A stretch of 64,000 nucleotides of DNA, taken from Lama guanicoe (taxonomy: Eukaryota). The stretch covers positions 374,001 through 438,000 of the forward strand of contig MU053933.1 of the NCBI GenBank assembly GCA_013239625.1, read 5' to 3'. The notes below the pieces were generated by a model. That model saw only the letters and a program-made list of their open reading frames with translations, did no database searches and was not told where the DNA came from. A program made the translations under genes and the position numbers. Shown in pieces: positions 62,073 through 64,000 of this stretch; the first letter of the stretch is position 1; each line of letters starts with the position of its first letter.

Positions 62073-63726
62073 TTCTCTTCCATCACCATAGTAATCTGTC
62101 AAAATCAGGAGACTTAACATAGCTACATCCTAGTCTCTAATCTACCATCCATATTCAAACATAATTCCCCCTTTCTAAGTTAAAAAACGTCGATCTGGTT
62201 AACATTTAGCATGACCATTCGGTTACCACTTCACCATCGGTACATTAGAGCAAATCAAAACGATGGCGGTAGCCCCGGGAACAGGGTGGCGCAAAGTGGA
62301 GCGGTGCCCCCGCCGCCTCTTTCTGGTGGGTCAGAGCTGCTGGTCGGTTGGCCCTTCGTCATCGTCCTCACAAGCTCCTTCCCCGGGACGAATAAGGGAG
62401 GCTTTCTCTGCCTGTTTCTGTTCCCTTGAAAAGGGCCTGGAAGGCTTGAAAAACGTTCAAATAATTACTTGTCCAGAGGTGACTTCTTTTGGGGAACTGA
62501 GGGACATTTCTTCGGGGCGAGGTATAGCTGCTGATGAAGAGGGAGAATAAAGAAGCCCTGCAAATGGGCTGACCCTCTTCATAGTTTGTAAAATACAGAC
62601 GCCCTTTACAGCTACTTTTTTCTGGTCCAGGATCCTCTCCAGAATCACATGGCACATTAGTTGTCGTGATCATGATGATATTGAGGGGAAATACTATCTT
62701 CATTTTCTTTAGTAAAGCATAAAACTAGAGTGAATGGCATAAACGTTGCTTTTATTTAAAGACTCAGAACCCACAGATCCTGTCCATCAATCAGCACACA
62801 AAATCTGTAACGACGCCCTGGGCAGACCTCACGGGGCTGACGCCAGGCAGCGGGGGGCGAAGGCCTGGCTTCAGGTTTCAGGCTGTGGAGCCCAGTCGGC
62901 CGTCCTGCCCCGGGCCGTCCTGAGCCTGTTCTTCAGACGGCAGTGCCTGGTTCTCCACTCCTGAATCTGGTTTCAGACACTGCTCTTGTGTTAAAAGGCA
63001 GGTTTCTTGGCCGTGCTCTTCGATCATGAATTTAACTACAAGTTTTGCCCTAGCTGTGACGGAATGAAGGCTTCCCAGCCAAATCAAAGCCGTGAGTCAC
63101 CAGGGTTCAACTGGATCAGCCCGTCTTTCCATAATGGAATAACAGTTCTTTGTCCAGAGTGATGTGGGTCCCTCTCAACCTCCATGCCCTTTTGTGGAGA
63201 GGCGTTACCTCCGAGGGCCTGTGTGGTGCAGGTAAGGGGCAAGAGAGGCGATGAGGAGGGGGCTGGTGGCCACACTCTTCAGGCTCCAAGCTGGGGCGCA
63301 ATTTGGACCAGAGCCTCTAACTGACCTCGGCCTGGGACCGCCTGCATCCCAGCGTCCAGCAGGTGAGACTAGGAAGAACCACAGACAAAATGAAGGGATG
63401 TTTTTAGCCTGCCTTTCATCTAAAAAAAAATCTTTTTAAACATATTAAACGTTTTGCCCAACAGCAAAATGTCCAGGAAGCTTTCTGGGTGGACAGAGGA
63501 TACTTAAAGGGCAGCTAAACCTGGCTTGGGTAACATTCTTGGTTTTTCGACCCAGGTGTTGAGGTTGTTTTGCCTCCCTAAATGTGCTTTCATTGTGGCG
63601 CAGAAACAAGCGTTTCTATAACACCTGCTCTCCCTTGCGGGTGGAGGATGGGGCTCACAGTGTGTGGGAAGTTTGTCCAGGGTGACCCAGCTGGTGAGGG
63701 GCAGAGCCAGGCTGTTTAGAGATACC

Positions 63727-63815
63727 TCAGAGGCACCAGTTCAGAGGTGAGTGCTTTTGAGGTCACTATGTCAGAGGTCATCATCCCAGAGGTCACCAGC
63801 TCGGAGGTAACCCTG
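63727..63815. repeat. Degenerate 15-bp tandem repeat centred on GAGGTCA
   Basis: About six units; AGGTCA at 63760, 63775 and 63790. Confidence 0.7.
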
Positions 63816-64000
63816 GCACGACCCAGAGTTACCCGGCAGGTGATCCGGGCAGCGAGGAGCGGAGCACAGCCCCTGCACTCGGAGAGCCCGTCCCCGCCCT
63901 GATCTTCCAGGCGCGTGCTGCTCCTTTGATGATTAACTGCTGACAGATTTCGAAGGACACTCCCCGGAATCTACTATTCTGTAAAAGGCACCCGATTCCC

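Noticed and set aside
58000..64000. UMODL1 coding exons expected by synteny
   Set aside because: No signal-peptide, EMI or WAP-like translation recognised; the gene probably begins beyond the window.

Overview
Mammalian genomic DNA, most likely camelid (four copies of a tRNA-derived SINE of the vic-1 type). The only protein-coding gene I can support is ZBTB21 (ZNF295) on the minus strand. It has a CpG-island promoter and non-coding exon 1 near 21.2-21.4 kb, a ~12 kb intronic span, one large coding exon (acceptor at 9260/9261, ATG 9246, stop 6161) and a ~3.8 kb AT-rich 3'UTR ending near 2.39 kb. Two observations stand out. (1) The CDS as given is out of frame at ~8700-8706, where roughly 90-100 nt appear missing relative to the human protein as I recall it; this is either an assembly error in extremely GC-rich DNA or a real disruption. 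(2) The coding exon hides a clean, in-frame 600-nt GT-AG 'exitron' (7159-7758) whose removal deletes zinc fingers 1-4. Positions 22-64 kb are intergenic (towards UMODL1 by human synteny; no UMODL1 coding exon recognised) and consist mostly of L1, L2, MIR, MaLR/ERV LTRs, DNA transposons, SINEs, microsatellites, a GC-rich minisatellite and an orphan CpG island. I found no convincing novel multi-gene system. Repeat family names and boundaries were assigned by eye and are approximate.
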